Shown: positions 56,442 to 64,000 of the stretch, in pieces | How the letters are laid out: every line of letters begins with the position of its first letter | How positions within the stretch are numbered: position 1 is the stretch's first letter | Assembly: GCA_964514585.1 (NCBI GenBank) | Contig: CAZETU010000003.1 | Coordinates: 32,001-96,000 of the forward strand | Length of the DNA: 64,000 bases | Direction of reading: 5' to 3' | Origin: Candidatus Woesearchaeota archaeon | GTDB lineage: Archaea > Nanobdellota > Nanobdellia > Pacearchaeales > GW2011-AR1 | The notes under the pieces: model-generated | Told to the model about the DNA's origin: nothing | Seen by the model: only the letters and a program-made list of their open reading frames with translations | Databases searched by the model: none | Made by a program: the position numbers and the translations under genes

Positions 56442-56458
56442 GACCGACAAGATTTATA
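56442..56458 (+). promoter_or_regulatory. BRE/TATA promoter GACCGACAAGATTTATA
   Basis: TATA lies ~30 nt upstream of ATG 56483. The identical 17-mer occurs on minus at 63011-63027, and a 1-mismatch copy at 63911-63927. Confidence 0.7.
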
Positions 56459-56482
56459 TATATTGAAGATTATCAATATGTT

Positions 56483-56941
56483 ATGAAACATAAATATATG
56501 ATTGGGGGCGTGGGAATTATAATATTACTACTTATTGTTTTTACAGTGCCCAAATATTTTGCGACGGCTGAGACCATTAATGGGAAGGTTGTCTTTGGAG
56601 AGATTAAAAAAGTTGAAATATACCATTTTCATGCGAATAGACAATGTTATTCATGTAAGACTATTGGAGAATACGCAAAAGAAACAGTAAATATTCACTT
56701 CAAAGAAGAACTTGATTCTAAAATAATAATTTTTGATTCAATAAATATAGATCTCCCGGAGAATAAAGAACTTGCAAGCAAATACGAAGCAAAGGGTTCT
56801 TCGTTGATTATTGGAACCTATTACAAGGATGGGAGCTTTTCAAAAGAAGAGGATACAGCAGTGTGGTACAAAATTGATAATAAAGAAAACTTTGTCTCTT
56901 ATCTGAAGGGAGTAATTGAAACAAAGTTTGTTGAGGCATAA
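56483..56941 (+). CDS. Exported thioredoxin-fold protein (ArsF-family-like)
   Basis: TM helix; VEIYHFHANRQCYSC; INIDLPENKELASKY; SSLII. Confidence 0.75.
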   Translation: MKHKYMIGGVGIIILLLIVFTVPKYFATAETINGKVVFGEIKKVEIYHFHANRQCYSCKTIGEYAKETVNIHFKEELDSKIIIFDSINIDLPENKELASKYEAKGSSLIIGTYYKDGSFSKEEDTAVWYKIDNKENFVSYLKGVIETKFVEA

Positions 56942-56942
56942 A

Positions 56943-57653
56943 ATGAGCTTGATGGCTTTCATGGGGTCCATGTCTGGAAGTAGTTTTCCATTAATTGCCG
57001 CATTTTTTATTGGGTTAATGACGGCTATAAGTCCTTGCCCCTTGGCGTCCAATATAACAGCTATAGCATATATTTCTAAAAAGATAGATAATGGGAAAAA
57101 GACATTAATCACCGGATTCATATATACCCTTGGAAGAATGTTTACATACGTTCTTTTGGCAGGTTTAATTGTTTATATTGGCGTTAATGTAACATTAATC
57201 TCTTTATTTTTACAAAAGTATGGAGAAAGAATTCTAGGTCCCGCGTTAATTTTTATCGGCCTAATAATGTTGAACATAATTAAATTACCAACCTTCAAAA
57301 CAAGTGACAAAATTAATAAAATAAAGGAGAATCTTTCAGAAAAAGGATATCTTGGTGGTTTTTTACTAGGTGTCTTCTTTGCTCTTGCCTTTTGTCCTTT
57401 TAGCGCAGTTCTGTTTTTTGGCATGTTAATACCTCTTGCAATTAACTACTCTGACGCTTTCTTAATTCCATCAATCTTTTCCATAGCAACCGGTCTCCCA
57501 GTAATTATTTTTTCTTTCATACTAACATTTAGTGTTTCAAAGGTAGGGAAAGTTATGAACAAAGTTCAAGTATTTGAGAAAGGAATGAGGTATGTTGTTG
57601 CAATATTATTTGTAATTATTGGAGGATATTATGTTATCAATGTTTGGTTATAG
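56943..57653 (+). CDS. CcdA/DsbD-like membrane protein (ArsG-family-like)
   Basis: ISPCPLASNI and ALAFCPFS TM cysteines, with ~7 TM helices. Confidence 0.8.
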   Translation: MSLMAFMGSMSGSSFPLIAAFFIGLMTAISPCPLASNITAIAYISKKIDNGKKTLITGFIYTLGRMFTYVLLAGLIVYIGVNVTLISLFLQKYGERILGPALIFIGLIMLNIIKLPTFKTSDKINKIKENLSEKGYLGGFLLGVFFALAFCPFSAVLFFGMLIPLAINYSDAFLIPSIFSIATGLPVIIFSFILTFSVSKVGKVMNKVQVFEKGMRYVVAILFVIIGGYYVINVWL

Positions 57654-57674
57654 TTAAATTAGGAGAGAAACAAA

Positions 57675-57905
57675 ATGGAGATAAAAATACTTGGAACTGG
57701 ATGCCCAAATTGTGTTACTTTAGAAAAAAATGCAAAAACAGCATTGAAAGAACTTGGAATTGACGCAAGACTAAAGAAAGTGACCGACATAGTGAAGATT
57801 ATGGAATACGGAGTTATGTCTACACCGGCAATTGTTGTTGATGAAGAGGTTAAGGCTTATGGAAAAGTCTGCACCGTTGATGAAATAAAGAAATTGCTGA
57901 GTTAA
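57675..57905 (+). CDS. Small thioredoxin/glutaredoxin-like protein (MTH895/TM0996 type)
   Basis: IKILGTGCPNC and YGVMSTPAIVVD motifs. Confidence 0.9.
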   Translation: MEIKILGTGCPNCVTLEKNAKTALKELGIDARLKKVTDIVKIMEYGVMSTPAIVVDEEVKAYGKVCTVDEIKKLLS

Positions 57906-57987
57906 GATGAGCGATTTTTTTATCTATTTCAATTTTTATTAAATGAAAGAGAAAGAGTTTTGTTTAATGTGGAAGTGAGTAATAGGA

Positions 57988-58521
57988 TTATTCTAGTTCT
58001 TTTTTGATCATCTTATGGGCTGCGTTAATTTTTTGGAACATTTTGTGGTCTCCGCCCATGTCAGGGTGATGTTTTTTAGCTAGAGATTTATAATTCTTGG
58101 AAATTAATTCTAAGTCTGTTTCGTCTTCGTCAACACCTAGATTCTTTCTTGCTTCAGCTAGTTTTTCATCTATTTTATCGTCACTAGAAAATTCTCTTTG
58201 AAATTGGTCCAGTGTGATTTCTTTTTCGAATAATTGGTTTATGTAAATTTCTAGGATTTTGTCGATTACGTAAAGGTTGTCAATAAATCTTGGCATTTGA
58301 GAGTAGGCATACTTTAGGTTTCGACCTTCGAACCAGAATGATACAGAGGCTTTTGCTTTCTTTTGGGCCATTTTTTCCATAGGGATATTTGCGTCATCAC
58401 GCTCTATGTTTAGCTGCTTTAGTGTTGTAAAAATGTTATTTTGAACCTTAACGGCACGTCGATCAAATGAGTCCTTAAAGACTGGTTCTTCTAATTCGTA
58501 TCCTTTTACCTTTAACATCAT
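57988..58521 (-). CDS. J-domain protein with C-terminal J domain
   Basis: ARKNLGV...YKSLAKKHHPDMGGD..MFQKINAAH. Confidence 0.88.
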   Translation of the reverse strand: MMLKVKGYELEEPVFKDSFDRRAVKVQNNIFTTLKQLNIERDDANIPMEKMAQKKAKASVSFWFEGRNLKYAYSQMPRFIDNLYVIDKILEIYINQLFEKEITLDQFQREFSSDDKIDEKLAEARKNLGVDEDETDLELISKNYKSLAKKHHPDMGGDHKMFQKINAAHKMIKKELE

Positions 58522-58601
58522 AATATGTCAAAAATTCGGTTTATAAGTTTAAGCTATTGGGGAGTAGCAACTTTTATAAGGGAACTTTTAGAAATTTATA
58601 T

Positions 58602-59132
58602 ATGGATAAGAAGAAGAAAACTGAAAAGATGAAAACGGCTAAGGAATTTGTAGAGGAAACTATGGAAACTGTTAAATATCATAAGGTAGTTGAAGATGTT
58701 CCGGAAGTTGTTGGGGCTATAGTGGAGCCAAAGGTTGAGGTTAATTATATGGAGAAGTTTTTGAGGTTGCAGGCTGAGTTTGCTAATTATGAGAAGAGGA
58801 CTGATAAAGAGAAGAGTGAAATTTATAGTAATGCTAATGCGGATTTGATTTTGCAGTTATTGGAAGTTTTGGATAATTTTGATTTGGCTTTGAAACATAA
58901 TGAAGATTCTGGAGTGGCTATGATTCATGAGGATTTGTTTAGAGTTTTGGAGAAGCAAGGATTGATGGTGATTAAGACTGAAGGCAAGTTTTGTCCTCAA
59001 TTTCATGAGGCGATAGTGCAAGAAGAGAGTGAAGAAGACGGGGTTATTTTAGAGGAATTTCAGAAGGGATATTTATTGAATGGTAAACTTTTACGGGCCT
59101 CTAAGGTTAAGATTAGTACTTCTAGAAAGTAG
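58602..59132 (+). CDS. grpE: Nucleotide exchange factor GrpE
   Basis: RLQAEFANYEKR, LLEVLDNF, FCPQFHEAI and FQKGYLLNGKLLRASKVK motifs. Confidence 0.95.
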   Translation: MDKKKKTEKMKTAKEFVEETMETVKYHKVVEDVPEVVGAIVEPKVEVNYMEKFLRLQAEFANYEKRTDKEKSEIYSNANADLILQLLEVLDNFDLALKHNEDSGVAMIHEDLFRVLEKQGLMVIKTEGKFCPQFHEAIVQEESEEDGVILEEFQKGYLLNGKLLRASKVKISTSRK

Positions 59133-59167
59133 GTGTTAACGGTGAACCGAAATGTTTAAAAAACAAA

Positions 59168-59187
59168 GTATACACAAGTTTGTATAC
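59168..59187. promoter_or_regulatory. Near-palindrome GTATACACAAGTTTGTATAC between the dnaK TATA box and start codon
   Basis: Two GTATAC palindromes separated by 8 nt, just downstream of ACCGAAATGTTTAAA (59146-59160). Confidence 0.45.
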
Positions 59188-59204
59188 ACGGAGATTAAAA
59201 TAAT

Positions 59205-61076
59205 ATGGCAAAAATTATAGGAATTGATTTAGGGACGACATTTTCAGCGGTAAGTGTGCTTGAAGCTGGAAAGCCGAAGATTATACCAAATACTGAAGGG
59301 AATAATACTACTCCTAGTGTTGTATCTATTAATGGCGATGAAGTTTTAGTTGGTGAAGTTGCAAGGCGAGGAGCTGTTGCTAGTCCTAAGAATACTATTC
59401 GAAGTATTAAGAGAATTATGGGAACTAAGAAAATGACAAAGATTGATGATAAGGAATATTCTCCTGAGCAGGTTTCTGCAATGATTTTGACGAAGTTAAA
59501 GAAAGATGCTGAGGCTTATTTGGGTCATGAAGTAACTGATGCTGTAATTACTGTTCCGGCTTATTTTGGGGATGCTCAGAGAAATGCGACTAAGGATGCG
59601 GGTAAGATTGCTGGTCTTAATGTAAAGAGAATTATTAACGAACCAACAGCTGCGGCACTTGCTTATGGTTTGGAAAAAGATGATGATCATACAATTTTAG
59701 TTTTTGATTTTGGTGGTGGAACTTTTGATGTTTCAATTCTAGAGATTGGTGGTGGAGTTTTTGAAGTTAAGTCTACTGCTGGAAACAATGTCTTAGGGGG
59801 CGATGATATTGATGATTTGATAATTGATTATTTAGTTGTGGAATTCAAGAAGGATAATGGAATTGATTTGAAAGAAGATTTGGTTGCACTGCAGAGGCTT
59901 AAGGAAGCTGCAGAAAAGGCTAAGATTGAACTTAGTTCAGCTACGAGTACGAAGATTACTATCCCATATATTACTTCAGATGATAAAGGTCCAAAGCATT
60001 TAGATGTTAATTTGACTCGAGCTAACTTTGAAAATATTTGTTCAGATTTTTTTGATAAGTTGAAGGGTCCAACACAGCAAGCAATTAAGGATGCTAAGTC
60101 TCCTAAGATTGATAAGGTTATTTTAGTTGGTGGAAGTACACGGATTCCTAAGGTTCAAGAAATTGTTAAAGATATTACTGGAATGGATTCTGATAAGTCT
60201 GTAAATCCTGATGAGGCTATTTCTTTAGGGGCTGCAATCCAGGGTGGAATTATTGGTGGAGACGTTAAGGATGTTTTGCTTCTTGATGTTACATCTTTGA
60301 CTCTTGGAATTGAGACTCAAGGTGGACTAAGAGTTGCTTTGATTGATAGGAATACTACTATTCCAACCAAGAAGGCGGAAGTTTTCTCTACAGCTGCTGA
60401 TAATCAGGATGCGGTAACAATTAATGTTTTACAAGGGGAAAGAGAAATGGCGAATGATAATAAGTCTCTTGGTAAGTTTGATTTGGTGGGGATTATTCCT
60501 GCACCACGAGGAGTTCCTCAGATTGAAGTTACTTTTGATATTGATACTAACGGAATTGTAAATGTTTCTGCAAAGGATTTGGGAACTGGTAAAGAACAGA
60601 AGATTACAGTTACTGGTGGATCTTTGAGTGATGAAGAGATTGCGGATATGGTTAAGAATGCTGAGAAGTTTAAAGAAGAAGATGAGAAAAAGAAAGAAAA
60701 GATTATGATTGTAAATGAATCTGAGTCCTTGATTTATTCTACTGAGAAATTATTGAAAGAGCATAAAGATAAGGTTGACAAGGAAACAATTGGTAAGATT
60801 CAGGCTGGGCTTGATGAGTTAAAGGAAACTTTGAAGAGCGAGGATACTGAGAAGATTAAGGCAAAGCTTGAGGAAGTTAAGACTGTTGCTCAGGAACTTG
60901 GTGTTAAGATTTACGAGCAGGCGGCTGCGGCGCAAGGTGGAGCTGAGGCTGAGGGTGATTCTAATATTGTTGATGCTGAAGTGGTTGAAGAGTCTGAGAA
61001 AAAGAAAGAAGATGAGAAGAAAAAAGAGGAAAAGAATGAAAATGATTCTTCGGAAGATGAAAGACAAAAAGAATAA
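59205..61076 (+). CDS. dnaK: Chaperone DnaK
   Basis: [35 protein letters not shown] and VGGSTRIP motifs. Confidence 0.98.
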   Translation: MAKIIGIDLGTTFSAVSVLEAGKPKIIPNTEGNNTTPSVVSINGDEVLVGEVARRGAVASPKNTIRSIKRIMGTKKMTKIDDKEYSPEQVSAMILTKLKKDAEAYLGHEVTDAVITVPAYFGDAQRNATKDAGKIAGLNVKRIINEPTAAALAYGLEKDDDHTILVFDFGGGTFDVSILEIGGGVFEVKSTAGNNVLGGDDIDDLIIDYLVVEFKKDNGIDLKEDLVALQRLKEAAEKAKIELSSATSTKITIPYITSDDKGPKHLDVNLTRANFENICSDFFDKLKGPTQQAIKDAKSPKIDKVILVGGSTRIPKVQEIVKDITGMDSDKSVNPDEAISLGAAIQGGIIGGDVKDVLLLDVTSLTLGIETQGGLRVALIDRNTTIPTKKAEVFSTAADNQDAVTINVLQGEREMANDNKSLGKFDLVGIIPAPRGVPQIEVTFDIDTNGIVNVSAKDLGTGKEQKITVTGGSLSDEEIADMVKNAEKFKEEDEKKKEKIMIVNESESLIYSTEKLLKEHKDKVDKETIGKIQAGLDELKETLKSEDTEKIKAKLEEVKTVAQELGVKIYEQAAAAQGGAEAEGDSNIVDAEVVEESEKKKEDEKKKEEKNENDSSEDERQKE

Positions 61077-61120
61077 TTTTGTTGCGACGAATTTAAAAGA
61101 CTAAATGATATTTATCCATT

Positions 61121-62158
61121 ATGGCAAATAAAGATTACTACAAGATATTGGAAGTGAATAAAACTGATTCTATAGATGTTATTAAAAAAAGTTATAAGAA
61201 ATTGGCCTTGAAGTATCATCCTGATAAGGCTACAGACGATAAGAAGAAAGATGCCGAGGATAAGTTTAAGGAAATTAATGAGGCGTATTCTGTTTTAAGT
61301 GATGAGGGAAAAAAGAGGCAGTATGATGCGGGTGGTGGAGCTAGCCAATTTAGGCAGAGAGGTGGCGGACAGAGCTATGGTGGATTTGGGGATATTTTTG
61401 GGGATATTTTTGGTGGTGGAAGCTTTGGAGAAGAGGGTCCTGATTTAGATTTGCATTATAGATTGGTGATAGATTTTATGGAAGCTATTAATGGTGTTGA
61501 AAAAGAAATCTCTATTAAGAAAGAGATTCCGTGTAAGAAATGTGATGGGTCTGGTTCTAAGGATGGTAAGTTTGATATTTGTAAGAGATGTAATGGTAAT
61601 GGTAGAGTTGAGACGATTCAGCAGACTCCTTGGGGTGCAATGCGTCGAGTAGTTAAGTGTGATGAGTGTGAAGGTGAGGGAAGAATTGCCAAGAATAAAT
61701 GTTCTTATTGTAGTGGCAAGGGAATTGTGAGGAGTAGAGAGAAAGTTAAGATTAAGATTCCTGAGGGGATTGATAATGGGCAGACTATACGAGTTATGAA
61801 TGGTGGGAATGCTATGAAGGGTGTTGCTAATGGTGATTTGTTTTTGCAGATTCAGGTTAAGCCGCATAAAGTTTTCAAGCGGGATGGGATTGATGTTTAT
61901 ATGGATTTTTCAATAACGTTTGCGCAGGCTGCACTTGGTGATGAAATTTCTGTGCCTACATTAGATGAAGACGTTAAGATTAAGATTACTAAGGGAACTG
62001 AGTCTGGGAGTGTTTTGAGATTGAGAGATAAGGGTGTGCCAATTGTTAATAATCCTAGTTACAAGGGTGATTTGTTTGTTAATATTGTTGTAAAAACTCC
62101 TAAGAAGTTGAGTAGGGCTCAGGTGAAGTTGTTTAAAGAATTGAAGAAGTTGGACTGA
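61121..62158 (+). CDS. dnaJ: Chaperone DnaJ
   Basis: HPD J domain, G/F-rich region and four CxxCxGxG repeats. Confidence 0.97.
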   Translation: MANKDYYKILEVNKTDSIDVIKKSYKKLALKYHPDKATDDKKKDAEDKFKEINEAYSVLSDEGKKRQYDAGGGASQFRQRGGGQSYGGFGDIFGDIFGGGSFGEEGPDLDLHYRLVIDFMEAINGVEKEISIKKEIPCKKCDGSGSKDGKFDICKRCNGNGRVETIQQTPWGAMRRVVKCDECEGEGRIAKNKCSYCSGKGIVRSREKVKIKIPEGIDNGQTIRVMNGGNAMKGVANGDLFLQIQVKPHKVFKRDGIDVYMDFSITFAQAALGDEISVPTLDEDVKIKITKGTESGSVLRLRDKGVPIVNNPSYKGDLFVNIVVKTPKKLSRAQVKLFKELKKLD

Positions 62159-62222
62159 GGGGGATAACGGTTTGCGGATTTCATAGATTTTGAAAAAGTA
62201 TTTTTATCTACTGTAAAATTTA

Positions 62223-62251
62223 TGCCCCAACCGATAGTAGTGGGGGAGTTT
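62223..62251. repeat. Composite element joining the CCCCAACCG core and the 19-bp repeat; forms a CCCCA/TGGGG hairpin followed by Ts
   Basis: TGCCCCAACCGATAGTAGTGGGGGAGTTT, located 65 nt after the dnaJ stop; may act as a terminator. Confidence 0.55.
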
Positions 62252-62314
62252 TTAAGAGCTGTTGGCTATTTGGACAAAGTAAACTATATAAACTAATTAG
62301 CCTAATTTAAAGAT

Positions 62315-62836
62315 ATGAATTTAAAAATTTCTGCATGGGCAGCAATTATTGCTGCAATTATTACAATTCCTGGTTTTATATTTGGGATGTTATTGTCAAT
62401 AATTCCTGAAAATAAAATAATTTATACTCTTTCGATGATTTCAGTGGTGGTTAGTATGTTGATAACAGTATTGTTATTTTTAGGATATATAAGAGTTGCA
62501 AAAAAGAATAAATTAAAATTTCTAGAAGTTATGGTATATATCTCATTGATTATTATATTTATTTCTAAAATTTTTGTAATTTCTGTCAAAGGCGCTACAG
62601 TGTTTGACTTTATTCTTCTGATATTGTTGGGTATTAACGGATTAGTTTTAGGAATTGCTTTTTTAAAATTAAAAAAAGTTTTTAATGGAATAGCTACTGC
62701 TATCGGTGTGATGTATATTGTTGATGGCATTCTTATGATGAGTATAATAGGGGCGATCCTAATACCACTAACTCTAACTGCTGCAAGCATTTTAAAGGCA
62801 ATATTTTTCTTTAGAGCAAGTAAAAAATATGACTAA
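62315..62836 (+). CDS. Hypothetical multi-pass membrane protein
   Basis: ~5 hydrophobic helices; A/T-rich codon style unlike dnaK and dnaJ. Confidence 0.7.
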   Translation: MNLKISAWAAIIAAIITIPGFIFGMLLSIIPENKIIYTLSMISVVVSMLITVLLFLGYIRVAKKNKLKFLEVMVYISLIIIFISKIFVISVKGATVFDFILLILLGINGLVLGIAFLKLKKVFNGIATAIGVMYIVDGILMMSIIGAILIPLTLTAASILKAIFFFRASKKYD

Positions 62837-62880
62837 ATGAGTTTTTTAAAATTACGCCCTTCAACTTCTCAAAAAAATAA

Positions 62881-63041
62881 TAAAACAGCGTCGATAAAAC
62901 TTCAAAAACGTCCCAACCGGGGCTACTGGAGAGTGTCTGGGTTTCATGGGTGCTGGGATCCTTTTTCGTTTAGTTTAGATATCATTCGTGAGTGTGCGAT
63001 GGAAGGATTTTATAAATCTTGTCGGTCTACTTGTGGGTGAC
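62881..63041 (-). repeat. Long imperfect direct repeat copy 1 (promoter plus putative small RNA)
   Basis: 49-nt core 62925-62973 is identical to 63829-63877. Shared flanking blocks: TAAAACAGCG, CCCAACCGG, ATATCATTCG, TATAA.TCTTGTCGGTCTA.TTG.GGGTGAC. Confidence 0.9.
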
Positions 63042-63127
63042 AGATTAATAGATTTTAGGGAAGAATTATGTTTTTAGTTTGATGGTGTTCTGCTATTAGT
63101 TACTTTCACTGTAATGAACATGACCCT

Positions 63128-63688
63128 TTACGTTAATTTTAAATCAGAGATAAAATCTTCATCTATTTTTAACGTTTTTGATGCAACTTTTTTAAGATGG
63201 TAAGATATGGATCCCTGGTTGCCAATAGCGACATATATAACTTCTCTGTTGAATTTTTCAATGGATGCTTTTACCGCACCTGAGAAATCTCCGTCATTTG
63301 ATATCAAGTATGCTTTATCATAATTTTCTGCTTGAGCGTCCAAAGCCAAGTCAAGTGCAAGATTGACATCTGTTGCTTTTTCTACGTAAAATATTTTTCC
63401 ATCCTTTTTGTGTTTTTCCAATCTTCCGAAAATTATTTTTAATTTATTTATTTTCTTTAGTTTTTCAAAGAATTTTTGCTGTTCTGCATACATTTTTGGG
63501 TTGCTCTCCCCGACAGGTGCTATGTAATAATTGATTTGTATTAAATTATTCATTGCTGAAATTTTCTTGCAAAAATCTTCAATATTAACCTTGCAATGGA
63601 ATGTGTTTTTTATAGAAAAATAGAAATTACTTCCATCGATATAAATAATTGCTCCTTTCTTGCCAGAATTCATTTTATGAAAAATCAT
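63128..63688 (-). CDS. NYN-domain (PIN-like) nuclease
   Basis: YIDGSNFY, EKATDVNLALD and LISNDGDF acidic catalytic motifs; start may be ATG 63673. Confidence 0.9.
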   Translation of the reverse strand: MIFHKMNSGKKGAIIYIDGSNFYFSIKNTFHCKVNIEDFCKKISAMNNLIQINYYIAPVGESNPKMYAEQQKFFEKLKKINKLKIIFGRLEKHKKDGKIFYVEKATDVNLALDLALDAQAENYDKAYLISNDGDFSGAVKASIEKFNREVIYVAIGNQGSISYHLKKVASKTLKIDEDFISDLKLT

Positions 63689-63711
63689 GGGGTTAGTCGC
63701 CTATCCCCATG
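63686..63711. other. Hairpin CATGGGG-T-TAG-TCGC-CTA-T-CCCCATG at the NYN 5' end
   Basis: 7-bp plus 3-bp stem seen directly, overlapping the upstream ATG. Confidence 0.6.
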
Positions 63712-63789
63712 GTGTTAATTATTATTAATAGTAGATCGGGATTTATAAGGTTTGTCATTGGCATTCAACGCCCGGATTTTGAGAAAATG

Positions 63790-63941
63790 TAAAACAGCGA
63801 TGGTATAATTCACGCCCCAACCGGCGTGACTGGAGAGTGTCTGGGTTTCATGGGTGCTGGGATCCTTTTTCGTTTAGATATCATTCGATTTGTCGTTGCT
63901 GATTAAGATATATAAGTCTTGTCGGTCTATTTGAGGGTGAC
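63790..63941 (-). repeat. Long imperfect direct repeat copy 2 (promoter plus putative small RNA)
   Basis: As copy 1, but lacks the 5-nt TTTAG duplication. Confidence 0.9.
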
Positions 63942-64000
63942 GAATGGATGATCCCAAACTCTTAAATAATATTTAAATAGAAAAGTTATATGGCTTATGT

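Noticed and set aside
395-61867. Numerous antisense or overlapping ORFs in the track (e.g. 6943-7527, 9899-10627, 11882-12775, 33047-33874, 45525-46028, 54993-55622)
   Set aside because: They are shadows of well-supported genes on the opposite strand; the skewed composition makes them stop-poor, and they contain no motifs.
63073-63122. Tiny minus-strand ORF MFITVKVTNSRTPSN, vaguely like a DUF167 N-terminus
   Set aside because: Too short and degenerate to support.
63810-63884. 24-aa leaderless ORF MISKRKRIPAPMKPRHSPVTPVGA in repeat copy 2 (minus)
   Set aside because: Copy 1 carries a 5-nt insertion that destroys the frame while the nucleotide core stays identical, so coding function is unsupported.
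63829-63887. C/D-box sRNA interpretation (AUGAUAU near the 5' end)
   Set aside because: No CUGA D or D' boxes are present.
62881-63941. Repeat pair as a CRISPR array, a DGR TR/VR pair or integron attC sites
   Set aside because: Only two copies ~900 bp apart; mismatches are not adenine-specific and no RT is present; no proper RYYYAAC...GTTRRRY imperfect palindrome; no cas or integrase gene.
63990-64000. Possible gene start ATGGCTTATGT behind a TATA-like box
   Set aside because: Truncated by the window edge and cannot be evaluated.

Overview
Archaeal chromosomal window, most likely a DPANN (Pacearchaeota/Woesearchaeota-like) genome. This is inferred from the thermosome, archaeal-type TPI, cupin PGI, DhnA-type aldolase, a CCA-less tRNA-Gly, BRE/TATA promoters and many exported ORFans. 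Contents from left to right: 3' part of a thermosome gene; a wHTH-Nudix regulator with an adjacent palindrome; surface proteins; a 43-aa stand-alone NrdD glycyl-radical peptide missed by the ORF track; a group 3b [NiFe]-hydrogenase operon interrupted by a GNAT gene and followed by a 26-bp duplication of its 3' end; a ~13-kb minus-strand run linking alpha-glucan synthesis/degradation, glycolysis and hydrogenase maturation; tRNA-Gly(GCC); a GT2/deacetylase pair; a mannose/GH130/GT4 cluster, in which one GH130 lacks a canonical start codon; a cell-surface island (lectin-TSP3, two PWW-tail proteins, a hemerythrin-Nudix fusion, a GH105-like surface protein, a cfa relic); an HDAC plus acyl-CoA ligase-GNAT pair; a frameshifted HAD; fused pyrimidine genes (pyrE-pyrF and pyrC-pyrD-pyrK); an ArsF/ArsG/thioredoxin-like module; a J-domain gene and grpE-dnaK-dnaJ; and a NYN nuclease gene flanked by two copies of a ~155-bp promoter plus putative small-RNA unit. 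No rRNA, CRISPR array, transposase, integrase or reverse transcriptase was recognised. All family assignments come from motif recognition by eye; no database searches were run.
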